Assembly (NCBI GenBank): GCA_963747235.1
Contig: CAVVEU010000040.1
Location: 1 to 64,000 of the forward strand
Direction of reading: 5' to 3'
DNA: 64,000 nt
Source: an uncultured Candidatus Rokubacteria bacterium
Lineage (GTDB): Bacteria > Methylomirabilota > Methylomirabilia > Rokubacteriales > CSP1-6
The notes beneath the pieces are model-generated. The model had not been told where the DNA came from and searched no databases. It saw only the letters and a program-made list of their open reading frames with translations. Made by a program: the position numbers and the translations under genes. Shown in pieces: positions 22,318 to 31,525 of the stretch; within the stretch, counting starts at the first letter, position 1; the number at the start of each line of letters is the position of its first letter.

Positions 22318-22770
22318 AGGATGCCCTCCCAGCCCGGCGCAACCCGCGGGCTGGGAGTAAACACGAAGACACTTCCACCGCAATCTGACCGTCAGAATCA
22401 GGACCCTGAGCGCCCGGCGTGGTCGCTCAACCGGAGTCCGAGCTCCCCGGCGCGTATCCGACTGGCACACCGCCACCACCGCGCCGCGTGAGCTTGTTGG
22501 GCCCGGGCACCCCTAGAGAACGAAAGCACGGTGTCCTGCCGGTCGCCTCGCGGTGCGTAAGTCCAACGTCGTGGCGCGAACCTCGGTCAGACTCGAGCTC
22601 GCGACTCAGAAGGTACGCGACCGGATTGAAATGGTTCCGGTCCTGCGGGCCAGTAGCGACTGGTCAGAAGTGCGCCGGCGGGTATGGGAGGCGGTACTCG
22701 AAGCAGCGAGAACGGGAGCCGACGCTTCTGCACCAGCGTGAGAAACCTCGGAACATCTTGACTCAGTAGT

Positions 22771-22846
22771 TGGTGGCCCCAACGGGATTCGAACCCGTGT
22801 TTCAGCCTTGAGAGGGCCGTGTCCTAGGCCTCTAGACGATGGGGCC
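22771..22846 (-). tRNA. tRNA-Glu(CTC)
   Basis: Reverse complement GGCCCCA...CGGCC CTCTCAA GGCTG...TTCGAAT...TGGGGCCACCA folds as a cloverleaf with encoded CCA. Confidence 0.97.
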
Positions 22847-22867
22847 GCCCGACTACCGTACCTTAAA

Positions 22868-22941
22868 TGGCTGGGGGTGGAGGGCTCGAACCCCCATTAC
22901 CAGGGCCAGAACCTGGCGTCCTACCATTAGACGAACCCCCA
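22868..22941 (-). tRNA. tRNA-Gln(CTG)
   Basis: Reverse complement TGGGGGT...CCAGG TTCTGGC CCTGG...TTCGAGC...ACCCCCAGCCA. Confidence 0.96.
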
Positions 22942-22953
22942 GCAGCGGGGGTC

Positions 22954-22983
22954 ATTGTACGGGCGGCTGCTGCGGGGTGTCAA
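22954..22983 (-). promoter_or_regulatory. Sigma-70 promoter of the tRNA pair
   Basis: TTGACA-N18-TACAAT on the minus strand, 12 nt upstream of tRNA-Gln. Confidence 0.75.
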
Positions 22984-23013
22984 GGCAAGGCACACCGCGG
23001 ACTTAGCGTGCGG

Positions 23014-23286
23014 CTACTGGAGCGAGTGCTTCAGCGTACGGCTCGGCTTGAAGCGCGGCACCCGACAGGCCGGGATCTTGATGGCCTTGCCGGTGCGCGG
23101 GTTGCGCCCGTTGCGCTCGGCGCGACGGCTCACCATGAAGGTGCCGAAACCGCCGATGGTCACCTTGCGGCCGCGCTTGAGCGAATCGAAGACCCCGTCG
23201 AGGAGGGCGTTGAGCGCCTTCTCGGCGGCGACCTTGGAGCCGCCCGACGCCTTCGCCATCGCCGTGACCAGGTCCGCCTTGATCAT
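23014..23286 (-). CDS. hup: HU-family DNA-binding protein
   Basis: MIKADLV...VTIGGFGTF...GRNPRTG...PRFKP. Confidence 0.93.
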   Translation of the reverse strand: MIKADLVTAMAKASGGSKVAAEKALNALLDGVFDSLKRGRKVTIGGFGTFMVSRRAERNGRNPRTGKAIKIPACRVPRFKPSRTLKHSLQ

Positions 23287-23321
23287 GAGCCTTCCTTACT
23301 ACGCGCGCGCGCGGGCCGAAG

Positions 23322-25157
23322 TCAAGCGCCCACCTGCTCCACCGCGTGGAGCAGCGCCTGCGGCGTGAAGGGCTTCGACAGCACCGGGGCGCGCGTGGCC
23401 TGCAGGACGCGCCACGCGTCCTCGTTGGCGGTGTCGCCGGTCATGAACAGGAAGCGCTTGGCGAGGTCCTTCTGCTGCGCCACCGCGGCGCGGTAGAAGT
23501 CGGCGCCGTCGCCCTCGGGCATGCGCACGTCGGAGAGGACCAGGTCGTAGTGGGTCTGCTGCAGCCGCTCGAGTGCGGCGCGGCCGCCCGAGGCCACGTC
23601 CACGCGCCAGCCCTGGTCGTCCAGCACCGTGGTCACCATCTCCACGATGGCCGGCTCGTCGTCCACCACCAGCACCCGGCGACCCCGGCCCAGCGCCCGC
23701 GCGCGCTCCGACGCGCGGATGGTCTCGGCGGCGGTGTCCGGCTCGGGCTCGCCCGCCGCGGCCGCGGGCAGCTCGAGGGTGAAGACCGTGCGGCCGGGCT
23801 CGCTCGCCACCGACAGGCGCCCGCCGTGCTGCTCCACGATGCCGTAGGACACGCTGAGGCCGAGCCCCGCGCCATCGCCCACCTTCTTGGTCGTGAAGAA
23901 CGGCTCGAAGACGCGCGGCAGCACCGCGGGCGCGATGCCGGGGCCGTTGTCGGCCACCTGCATGATCGCCCAGGTCGCGTCGCCCATCTGCCGGGCGCTC
24001 GTGGTGATGCGGATGTGGTCGCCGGTGCGGCGGCCGCCCACGCCGCTCCCCAGGATGGCCTGCTCGGCGTTCAGGATCAGGTTCAGGACCACCTGCTGGA
24101 GCTGGTGGGAATCACCCTCCGCGCGCGCCGAGTCCGCGGCGAAATCCGTCTCCACGCGAATGCCCGAGACCGCGAGCTGGGTCTCCCGGAGGGTCAGGAT
24201 CTGCCGCACCACGTCCCCCATGTCCACCGGGCGCCGCTCGGGTTTCCGCTGCCGCGAGAAGAGCAGCAGGCTCTGGATGATCTTCGCCATGCGCGCGCCC
24301 TGCGCGACGATGGCCTCGATGGGCCGCCGCGCGTCGTCCGGCACTCCGCGGCTCAGCAGGAGCTGGCCGTAGCCGATCACCACCGAGAGCGGGTTGTTCA
24401 GCTCGTGCGCCACGCCCGAGACGAGCTGGCCCACCGCGGAGAGCTTGCCCGCCTGGAGGAGCTGCGCCTGCGTGTCCTGCAGCTCGCGCAGGCGCTGCCG
24501 CGCCTCGTCGTAGAGCCGGGTGTTGTCGGCGAAGAGCCGCGCGTTCCGCATGGCCACCGCGGCCTGCGCCGCGAAGGAGGGCAGGAGCGAGCGGTCGCCG
24601 CCCTGGGGCAGCCGGCCGCGCTTGAGATTCAGGGAGAGCACGCCGAGCAGCTCCTCGCCCGCCGCGACCGGCACGCCGCAGAGCGCCACCAGGTCCCTGC
24701 TCAGCGCCCACTGCGCGGCCATGATGCGCTCGTCGGTCGCGATGTCCTCCACGAAGAGGGGCTCGCGGTGGCGCGCGATCCAGCCGGTGCCCCCCTGCGC
24801 CATCGTCAGAGACGCGGGCAGCTCCATCGCGCCGATCGAGGGATCCGTGGTCCACGCGCGGCGGGTCAGAAGTCCGGCGGCGCGATCCAGCTCCCAGAGG
24901 ACCACGTTGTGGGCGCCGGTCAGCGTCGCGAGCGCGTCGGTGATCTGCTGGAGCAGGCGATCCGGATCGAGCTGCTGCGAGAGCGCCAGGGTGACCTGCG
25001 CGAGAACCTCGAGGCGCCGCTGGCGCCGCTCGGCGGCGGCCTCCGCGGCCTGCTGCTGCGCCTGCGCGCGCCGCGCCGTGCGACGCATTGCCAGCCATCC
25101 GCCGAGGAGCGCGGCCAGCAGCAAGACGACGAGAACAGAGTCCAGAACCCAGCGCAT
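23322..25157 (-). CDS. Hybrid sensor histidine kinase (TM-GAF-HisKA-HATPase-REC)
   Basis: AHELNNP H-box, NAEQA, DNGPG, FEPFFTTK, GLGL, VVDDE...DVRMP...KP. Confidence 0.92.
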   Translation of the reverse strand: MRWVLDSVLVVLLLAALLGGWLAMRRTARRAQAQQQAAEAAAERRQRRLEVLAQVTLALSQQLDPDRLLQQITDALATLTGAHNVVLWELDRAAGLLTRRAWTTDPSIGAMELPASLTMAQGGTGWIARHREPLFVEDIATDERIMAAQWALSRDLVALCGVPVAAGEELLGVLSLNLKRGRLPQGGDRSLLPSFAAQAAVAMRNARLFADNTRLYDEARQRLRELQDTQAQLLQAGKLSAVGQLVSGVAHELNNPLSVVIGYGQLLLSRGVPDDARRPIEAIVAQGARMAKIIQSLLLFSRQRKPERRPVDMGDVVRQILTLRETQLAVSGIRVETDFAADSARAEGDSHQLQQVVLNLILNAEQAILGSGVGGRRTGDHIRITTSARQMGDATWAIMQVADNGPGIAPAVLPRVFEPFFTTKKVGDGAGLGLSVSYGIVEQHGGRLSVASEPGRTVFTLELPAAAAGEPEPDTAAETIRASERARALGRGRRVLVVDDEPAIVEMVTTVLDDQGWRVDVASGGRAALERLQQTHYDLVLSDVRMPEGDGADFYRAAVAQQKDLAKRFLFMTGDTANEDAWRVLQATRAPVLSKPFTPQALLHAVEQVGA

Positions 25158-25417
25158 CGCTTCGAGCGCCGGGACGCCGACGCCCGGTCAGTATAGCCCA
25201 CCTGACGTATAACGCCGCCTTCGCAGAGGGCCGAGCCGGCGTGATCCAACGTCAGCGTACCGTTCGGAACACTTGCGGACTCCCCGATCAGGGGCCTCTA
25301 ATGATTCGGGCCCTCTGGCGGCGCGACGTTTCCGGAGGACGCCGGGCCGCGCGCCCGCGACCGTCCTCCTTCTGGTCCTTCCAGTCCGCGACCGGGCAGC
25401 ATCCGGGAGGCAGTGAG

Positions 25418-25649
25418 ATGCGAGTCCTGGTGATCGACGATGAACCGGCGCTGCGACGGGTCATCCGGGGCATGCTCGAGTCGGCCGGCCATCAGGTGGT
25501 CGACGCCGAGAACGGGCGCACGGGGCTCGAGACGCTCCGGACGGCCCCGTTCGATGTCCTCGTCACCGACATCCTCATGCCGGAAAAGGAAGGCATCGGC
25601 ACCATCGCGGAGGCGCGGAAGCTCAACAAGACGGTGCGGATCGTCGCGA
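25418..25649 (+). pseudogene. Response regulator receiver, C-terminally truncated
   Basis: MRVLVIDDE...TDILMPEKEG...IVA, then lost; the conserved S/T and KP motifs are missing. Confidence 0.7.
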
Positions 25650-26127
25650 GCCGAGCCTCGGGACCACGGTGCGCATCTACCTGCCGGTCAGCACGGCCGC
25701 CGCGGTGGCGGAGCCCGGACCCGTGGAAGCGCCCGCGGCCGTGACGGAACACGGGCAGGCGACCGTGCTCGTGACCGAGGACGACGCCTTCGTCCGGGGC
25801 CATGCGATCGCCTGTCTGCAGAGCCTCGGCTACCAGGTGATCACGGCGGCCAACGGGCAGGAGGCTCTGGACCGGCTGGAGAGGGGGGCGCAGCCGGATG
25901 TCCTGTTCACGGACATCGTCATGCCCGGCGGGATCAGCGGCTGGGATCTGGCCGAGCGCTTCAGGGTGATCCGGCCGTCCATCAAGGTGCTGTTCACGTC
26001 GGGGTATGCGCTCGAGACGCTGGCGGAGCGGGGACGGCTTCGCCCGGGCGTTGCCGTGCTTAACAAGCCGTACCGGAAGGCAGAGCTGGCGCTCCGTCTC
26101 CGCGAGATCCTCGAGGCGCCCCCTTGA
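25648..26127 (+). pseudogene. 3' remnant of a hybrid histidine kinase (last HATPase strand + REC)
   Basis: EPSLGTTVRIYLP followed by an intact receiver (VTEDD...TDIVMPGG...TSGY...KPY). Confidence 0.7.
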
Positions 26128-26196
26128 GGTAGCCGCGTCGCGGTCTAACCTCGCGTGAATATAAGCTTCCAGAGCGACATGCCGTATAATGCCGCC

Positions 26197-26706
26197 ATGC
26201 CGCGAGGGGGAATCTTCGATGTCTCCTTCCTGATTCTCTCCTCGCTCGCGGTCGTGTTCGCGATCGTCGCCTACGTGAAGGACCCGAGCCTGCCCCTCCT
26301 GGGCGCCCGCAACGGCCTGGCCCTGCTCTGGTTCATCATTCCGCGCCTCGTGCCCGCCCTCATCCTGGCCGGCATGCTCCAGGTGGTGATCCCGCAGGAG
26401 ACGGTCGCGCGCTACTTCGGCCGGCAGTCCGGGTTCGGCGCCATCTGCATGGCGAGCGTCGCGGGCGTGATCACGCCGGGCGGGCCGATGGTGAGCGTGC
26501 CGCTCCTCGTCGTCCTCGCGAACTCCGGGATGGCGCTGGGCCCGCTGGTGGCCTACATGACCGCGTGGTCGCTCTTCGGCATGCAGCGGATCATCGCCTG
26601 GGAGGCGCCGCTCATGGGCTGGCACTTCGTCGCGGTGCGCACCGCCTCGAGCCTGGTCTTCCCGATCCTCGCGGGCTGGCTCGTGACGCTCTACTATCAC
26701 GAGTAA
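26197..26706 (+). CDS. Permease, DUF318/ArsP-like small subunit
   Basis: LILAGMLQVVIP...G...AGVITPGGP...GPLVAYMTAW; TATAAT 6 nt before the ATG. Confidence 0.7.
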   Translation: MPRGGIFDVSFLILSSLAVVFAIVAYVKDPSLPLLGARNGLALLWFIIPRLVPALILAGMLQVVIPQETVARYFGRQSGFGAICMASVAGVITPGGPMVSVPLLVVLANSGMALGPLVAYMTAWSLFGMQRIIAWEAPLMGWHFVAVRTASSLVFPILAGWLVTLYYHE

Positions 26707-26728
26707 GGGCGAGCACCCGCAGCCCGCC

Positions 26729-28180
26729 ATGGCGTTCGCCAACCTCCGCGAGTTCATCGCGCACCTCGAGAAGCAGGGCTCGCTCCGCCGCGTGAGCGCG
26801 CCGGTCTCGCGCGATCTGGAGATCGCCGAGATCACCGACCGCGTGTCCAAGAGCGCGGGCGGGCGCAACGTGGCGCTGCTCTTCGAGAACGTGCAGGGCT
26901 CGGAGATGCCGGTGCTCATCAACGCGTTCGGCTCGTCGGACCGCATGGCCGCCGCCCTCGGTGTCGGCCATCTCGACGAGCTCTCGGCGCGCGTGGCGAA
27001 GCTGATCGACCTGCGCATGCCCGGCTCGGTGTTCGACAAGCTGCGCAAGCTGGGCACGCTCTTCGACGTGGTCAAGGCGGGGCCCAAGCGCGTGAGCGCG
27101 GCCGCGTGCCAGGAGATCGTCGAGGCCGACCGCCCCTCGCTCGCCTCCCTGCCCGTGCTCCGCTGCTGGCCCGGCGACGGCGGCCGCTACATCACGCTGC
27201 CGATGGTGTTCACGCGCGATCCCGTCACCGGCGCGCGCAACGTGGGCATGTATCGGCTCCAGGTCTACGACGACCAGACACTCGGCATGCACTGGCAGAT
27301 CCACAAGGGCTCGGCCGAGCATCAGCGCCTGGCCGAGGAGCGCCGAGAGCCCATGGAAGTCGCGATCGCGCTGGGCGGCGACCCCTGCGCGATCTACTCG
27401 GGCTCCGCGCCCCTGCCCCCCGGCATCGACGAGATGGTCTTCGCGGGCTGGCTGCGCGGCGCGGGCGTGCCGATGGTGCCGTGCAAGACGGTGCACGTGG
27501 ACGTGCCCGCCGAGGCCGAGATCGTGCTGGAGGGCTGGGTGGATCCGGCCGAGCGGCGCCTCGAGGGGCCCTTCGGCGACCATACCGGCTACTACTCCCT
27601 GGCGCGCGACTATCCGGTCTTCCACCTGAAAGCGATCACGCGGCGGAAGAACGCGATCTACCCGACCACCATCGTGGGCCGCCCACCGCAGGAGGACTAC
27701 TGGCTGGGGAAGGCCACCGAGCGCATCTTCCTGCCCATCATCCGCATGATGCTGCCCGAGATCGTAGACATGAACATGCCCGCCGAGGGCGTGTTCCACA
27801 ACCTCGTCATCGTCTCGATCAAGAAGCGCTACCCCGGCCACGCGCGCAAGGTCATGTACGCGCTCTGGGGCCTGGGCCTCATGATGCTGGCCAAGAACAT
27901 CGTGGTGGTCTCCGATCACGTCAACGTGCACGATCTCTCCGAGGTCGCCTGGCGCGCCACCGGCAACATCGATCCCAAGCGCGATCTGGTCATCGTGGAC
28001 GGCCCCATGGACGATCTGGACCACGCGGCCATCCGCCACCGCTTCGGGGGCAAGCTCGGCGTGGACGCCACCGAGAAGACGGAGGCCGACGGCATCGGGC
28101 AGCCCTGGCCCGACGAGATCGTGATGAGCGACGACGTCCGCGCGCTCGTCACGCGGCGCTGGGCCGAGTACGGGCTCTAG
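26729..28180 (+). CDS. UbiD-family menaquinone biosynthesis decarboxylase (MqnL-like)
   Basis: RNVGMYR, MHWQIHK, EGPFGDHTGYY, VGRPPQED, GKLGVDAT. Confidence 0.92.
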   Translation: MAFANLREFIAHLEKQGSLRRVSAPVSRDLEIAEITDRVSKSAGGRNVALLFENVQGSEMPVLINAFGSSDRMAAALGVGHLDELSARVAKLIDLRMPGSVFDKLRKLGTLFDVVKAGPKRVSAAACQEIVEADRPSLASLPVLRCWPGDGGRYITLPMVFTRDPVTGARNVGMYRLQVYDDQTLGMHWQIHKGSAEHQRLAEERREPMEVAIALGGDPCAIYSGSAPLPPGIDEMVFAGWLRGAGVPMVPCKTVHVDVPAEAEIVLEGWVDPAERRLEGPFGDHTGYYSLARDYPVFHLKAITRRKNAIYPTTIVGRPPQEDYWLGKATERIFLPIIRMMLPEIVDMNMPAEGVFHNLVIVSIKKRYPGHARKVMYALWGLGLMMLAKNIVVVSDHVNVHDLSEVAWRATGNIDPKRDLVIVDGPMDDLDHAAIRHRFGGKLGVDATEKTEADGIGQPWPDEIVMSDDVRALVTRRWAEYGL

Positions 28181-28196
28181 GCCCGCGGCCGCCCCC

Positions 28197-29045
28197 GTGC
28201 CCGCCGTCCGCCACTTCCTCGACGCGATCAAGTTCGAGCACACCGTCTTCGCCCTGCCCTTCGCCTACGTGGCCATGGTGCTGGCCGCCGACGGCTGGCC
28301 GGGCTGGGGCGTGCTGATCTGGGTGACGCTCGCGATGGTGGGCGCGCGCACGCTGGCCATGAGCGTGAACCGCCTGGCCGACCGGTTCATCGACGCGGCC
28401 AACCCGCGCACCGCGCGGCGGCACCTGCCGACCGGCCTGCTCACCGCCACCCAGGTGGCGGCCGCGGCGATCCTCTCGGCCGCGCTGCTGCTGGCCTCCG
28501 CCTGGATGCTGAATCCGCTCTGCCTGCTGCTCTCGCCCCTCGCGGTGCTGTTCCTGGTCGGCTACTCCTACACCAAGCGCTTCACCTGGCTCTCCCACTG
28601 GATCCTGGGCTTCACCGACGGCATCGCGGCCGCGGGCGGCTGGATCGCGGTGCGCGCGGCCTTCGATCCGCCGATCTACGTGCTCTGGTTCGCGCTCACG
28701 GTGTGGATCGCGGGGTTCGATCTCCTCTACGCCTGCCAGGACGTGGACTTCGACCGGCGCACCGGGCTTCACTCGATGCCCGCCCGCTTCGGCATCCCCG
28801 CCGCGCTCACCACCGCGCGGGTCTGCCACGCGCTGACCATCGCCGCCTTCGCGCTGCTCGGCTTCCAGATGGGGCTCGGCCTGCTTTACTGGCTCGGCGT
28901 GCTGGTGGTGGCGGGGTTGCTGGTCTACGAGCACTCGCTCGTCTCGCCGACCGATCTCTCGCGCCTCGACGTCGCGTTCTTCAACGTCAACGGTTACATC
29001 GCGGTGATCCTCTTCTTCTCGGTGCTGGGAGGCCGGCTCACGTGA
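28197..29045 (+). CDS. UbiA-family prenyltransferase (MqnP-like)
   Basis: IKFEHTVFALPFA, NRLADRFIDAANPRT, YSYTKRF, FDLLYACQD. Confidence 0.92.
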   Translation: MPAVRHFLDAIKFEHTVFALPFAYVAMVLAADGWPGWGVLIWVTLAMVGARTLAMSVNRLADRFIDAANPRTARRHLPTGLLTATQVAAAAILSAALLLASAWMLNPLCLLLSPLAVLFLVGYSYTKRFTWLSHWILGFTDGIAAAGGWIAVRAAFDPPIYVLWFALTVWIAGFDLLYACQDVDFDRRTGLHSMPARFGIPAALTTARVCHALTIAAFALLGFQMGLGLLYWLGVLVVAGLLVYEHSLVSPTDLSRLDVAFFNVNGYIAVILFFSVLGGRLT

Positions 29046-29758
29046 CCGAGGCGCTCCACGGCGTCGAGAAGGCCCGCTTCGTGAGCGCGATGTTCTCGCG
29101 CATCGCCCGCCGCTACGACCTCATGAACGGGCTCATGACGCTCGGCATGCATCACAACTGGCGCCGGGTGGCCGCGCGGCAGACGATCGCCTCGCCCGAC
29201 GGCCCCGCGCTCGACGTGGCCACCGGCACCGGCGACCTCGCGATCGACCTGGCCGAGGTCCATCCGCATCGTACGGTGGTGGGCGCGGACTTCTCGCTCG
29301 GCATGCTCGCGGTGGCGCGCGACAAGCTGGACGGGCTCGAGGAGACGCGCCGCGTGCGGCTCCTGGCCGCCGACGCGCTCGCCCTGCCCTTCGCGACGCG
29401 CACCTTCGCCTGCGTGACGAGCGCGTTCCTGCTGCGCAACCTGGCCGATCTCGAGCAGGGCCTGCGCGAGATGCAGCGGGTGACCCGGCCGGGCGGCCGC
29501 GTGGTGGCGCTCGAGATCACCCAGATGCGCGCGCCCGGGTTCACCGCGCTGTTCCGCTTCTACTTCCATCATGTCGTCCCGTGGATCGGGCAGCTCGTGG
29601 GCGGCGACCGCGAGGCATACAGCTACCTGCCGCGGTCGGTGGATCGCTTCGTGACGCCGAGCGAGCTGGTGGCGCTGATGGAGAAGGTCGGACTACGGGG
29701 CGTGACCTACAAGCGGCTGGGGCTGGGGACCGTCACCATCCACACCGGGATCGCGTAG
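29042..29758 (+). CDS. menG: Demethylmenaquinone methyltransferase (UbiE/MenG)
   Basis: MFSRIARRYDLMN, LDVATGTGD, LRN, PGG, AYSYLPRS; GTG overlaps the upstream stop. Confidence 0.85.
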   Translation: MTEALHGVEKARFVSAMFSRIARRYDLMNGLMTLGMHHNWRRVAARQTIASPDGPALDVATGTGDLAIDLAEVHPHRTVVGADFSLGMLAVARDKLDGLEETRRVRLLAADALALPFATRTFACVTSAFLLRNLADLEQGLREMQRVTRPGGRVVALEITQMRAPGFTALFRFYFHHVVPWIGQLVGGDREAYSYLPRSVDRFVTPSELVALMEKVGLRGVTYKRLGLGTVTIHTGIA

Positions 29759-29767
29759 GCGCGTCGC

Positions 29768-30043
29768 CTACCACTCGGGGCTGGAGTACTCCTCCCACAC
29801 ACGACGCACGACGCGGATCTGCTGGGCGCGGCCGTCCGTCTGCTCGAGCGTGACGATGTCGCCCGCGTAGAGCTGCGCGAGATCGCGCGTGGTGCCTTCG
29901 TCGGTCACCACCAGCGTCTCTCCGCAGCTCAGGTCGGTACAGACCTCGGCCTCGCCGCGCACGCGCACGGTGCCGGCGGCCTTGTCCACGGAGACGATGC
30001 TGAAGCGGTTGTGCTTGAGGGAATCGGTCAGGCTGTAGGCCAT
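29768..30043 (-). CDS. Hypothetical OB-fold-like small protein (91 aa)
   Basis: AAGGAGG SD before MAYSLTDS; beta-rich, LYAGDIVTLE motif. Confidence 0.65.
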   Translation of the reverse strand: MAYSLTDSLKHNRFSIVSVDKAAGTVRVRGEAEVCTDLSCGETLVVTDEGTTRDLAQLYAGDIVTLEQTDGRAQQIRVVRRVWEEYSSPEW

Positions 30044-30142
30044 GGCACCCTCCTTGTCCGACTTGGCTGCTGTTATATCAGGAGGACGGCCACCCAGCAA
30101 GACCTTCCGGCGGGCAGGCCATGCTAGTATTTTCCGGAACTT

Positions 30143-30820
30143 ATGGCGTTGACCACCCCCCGCGGCCGCATCGCCGAGACCTTCTATTCCATCCAGGGTG
30201 AAGGCGCCACCGCCGGCCTGCCGGCCGTCTTCGTACGACTGCAGGGCTGCACCGTCGGCTGCGGCTGGTGCGACACGAAGTACTCGTGGGACCCGGCGGC
30301 CGGCCGCGAGGTGGAGCTCCCCGCGCTCCTGGATGAGGTGGCGGCCTTTCCGTGCCGTCGCGTGGTGATCACGGGCGGCGAGCCGCTCGAGTCGGCCCTC
30401 TTCCCTCCCCTCGCCGCCGCGCTCGCGGCCCGCGGCTACGTCGTCGAGGTCGAGACCTCCGGCACGCGAGCGCCGGCCGGCGAGGCCGACGCGCGTATCC
30501 AGTGGAACGTGTCGCTCAAGCTGTCGGGCTCGGGTGTGCCCGAGGACACCCGCGTGAACCCGACCGCGATCCGCGCTCTCCTCGCGCGCGGGGCCTGGTG
30601 GAAGTTCGTGGTGAGCGAGTCCGGCGAGATCGGCGAGGTGCTCCGGCTGGCCGAGCGCTTCGCCCTGCCCCGCGAGCGCGTGCTGCTGCAGCCGGAGGGC
30701 CTGCGCGCCGAGGACCTGGTCGTTCGCACCCCATGGCTCGTGGAGGCCTGCAAGACGCACGGCTTCCGCTTCTCGCCCCGGCTCCACATCCTGATCTGGG
30801 GCGCGAAGCGGGGCGTCTGA
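30143..30820 (+). CDS. queE: 7-carboxy-7-deazaguanine synthase (radical SAM)
   Basis: [40 protein letters not shown]. Confidence 0.93.
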   Translation: MALTTPRGRIAETFYSIQGEGATAGLPAVFVRLQGCTVGCGWCDTKYSWDPAAGREVELPALLDEVAAFPCRRVVITGGEPLESALFPPLAAALAARGYVVEVETSGTRAPAGEADARIQWNVSLKLSGSGVPEDTRVNPTAIRALLARGAWWKFVVSESGEIGEVLRLAERFALPRERVLLQPEGLRAEDLVVRTPWLVEACKTHGFRFSPRLHILIWGAKRGV

Positions 30821-31512
30821 TGCCGGCGCGCCGCGCGGTGGTCCTGCTCTCGGGTGGCCTCGACTCGACGACGGCGTTCGCGGTCGCCCGGGCGGAGGGC
30901 TTCGACTGCTACGCGCTCTCCTTCGACTATGGCCAGCGGCATGGCCGGGAGCTGGACTCCGCGCGCCGGGTGGCCACCGCCCTCGGCGCCAAGGAGCATC
31001 TGGTGCTGCGCCTGGACCTGCGCGCGATCGGCGGCTCCGCGCTGACCGCCGACATCCCGGTGCCCAAGGGCCGGAGCCACCAGGCCATGGGCACGGGCAT
31101 TCCCGTGACCTATGTCCCGGCGCGGAACACCATCTTCCTGAGCCACGCGCTGGCCTGGGCGGAGGTGCTCGAGTCGCAGGACATCTTCATCGGGGTAAAC
31201 GTGTACGACAGCAGTGGGTATCCCGATTGCCGACCCGAGTACATCGAGGCCTTCCGGAGCATGGCGAACCTCGCCACCAAGGCCGGCGTCGAGGGCCGGA
31301 GCCGGCTCACGATCCACACGCCGCTGATCCGGCTGACCAAGGCCCAGATCGTCCGGCGCGGGGCCGAGCTCGGGGTGGACTTCGGCCTCACCTGGTCCTG
31401 CTACGAGCCCCAGCCCGACGGCCGGGCCTGCGGGGCCTGCGACTCCTGCCTGCTGCGGCAGAAGGGCTTCGCGGAGGCCGGCCTGCCTGATCCCGTGCCC
31501 GCGGCGCACTGA
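30820..31512 (+). CDS. queC: 7-cyano-7-deazaguanine synthase
   Basis: SGGLDS, YGQRH, TYVPARN, GYPDCR, TWSCY...CGACDSC. Confidence 0.96.
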   Translation: MPARRAVVLLSGGLDSTTAFAVARAEGFDCYALSFDYGQRHGRELDSARRVATALGAKEHLVLRLDLRAIGGSALTADIPVPKGRSHQAMGTGIPVTYVPARNTIFLSHALAWAEVLESQDIFIGVNVYDSSGYPDCRPEYIEAFRSMANLATKAGVEGRSRLTIHTPLIRLTKAQIVRRGAELGVDFGLTWSCYEPQPDGRACGACDSCLLRQKGFAEAGLPDPVPAAH

Positions 31513-31525
31513 GCCACCCCGCCCC

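Noticed and set aside
22867-23496. ORF 22867..23496 (MAGGGGLEPPLPGPEPG...)
   Set aside because: Antisense translation of tRNA-Gln and the HU gene
25200-25260. CTGACGT...ACGTCAG nested hairpin as a riboswitch
   Set aside because: No match to an aptamer consensus I can recognise; such pairing is common at this GC content
30044-31512. queE/queC as a 7-deazaguanine DNA-modification (dpd) system or with a preQ1 riboswitch
   Set aside because: No dpdA/tgt-like or restriction genes nearby and no recognisable preQ1 aptamer; ordinary queuosine synthesis is sufficient
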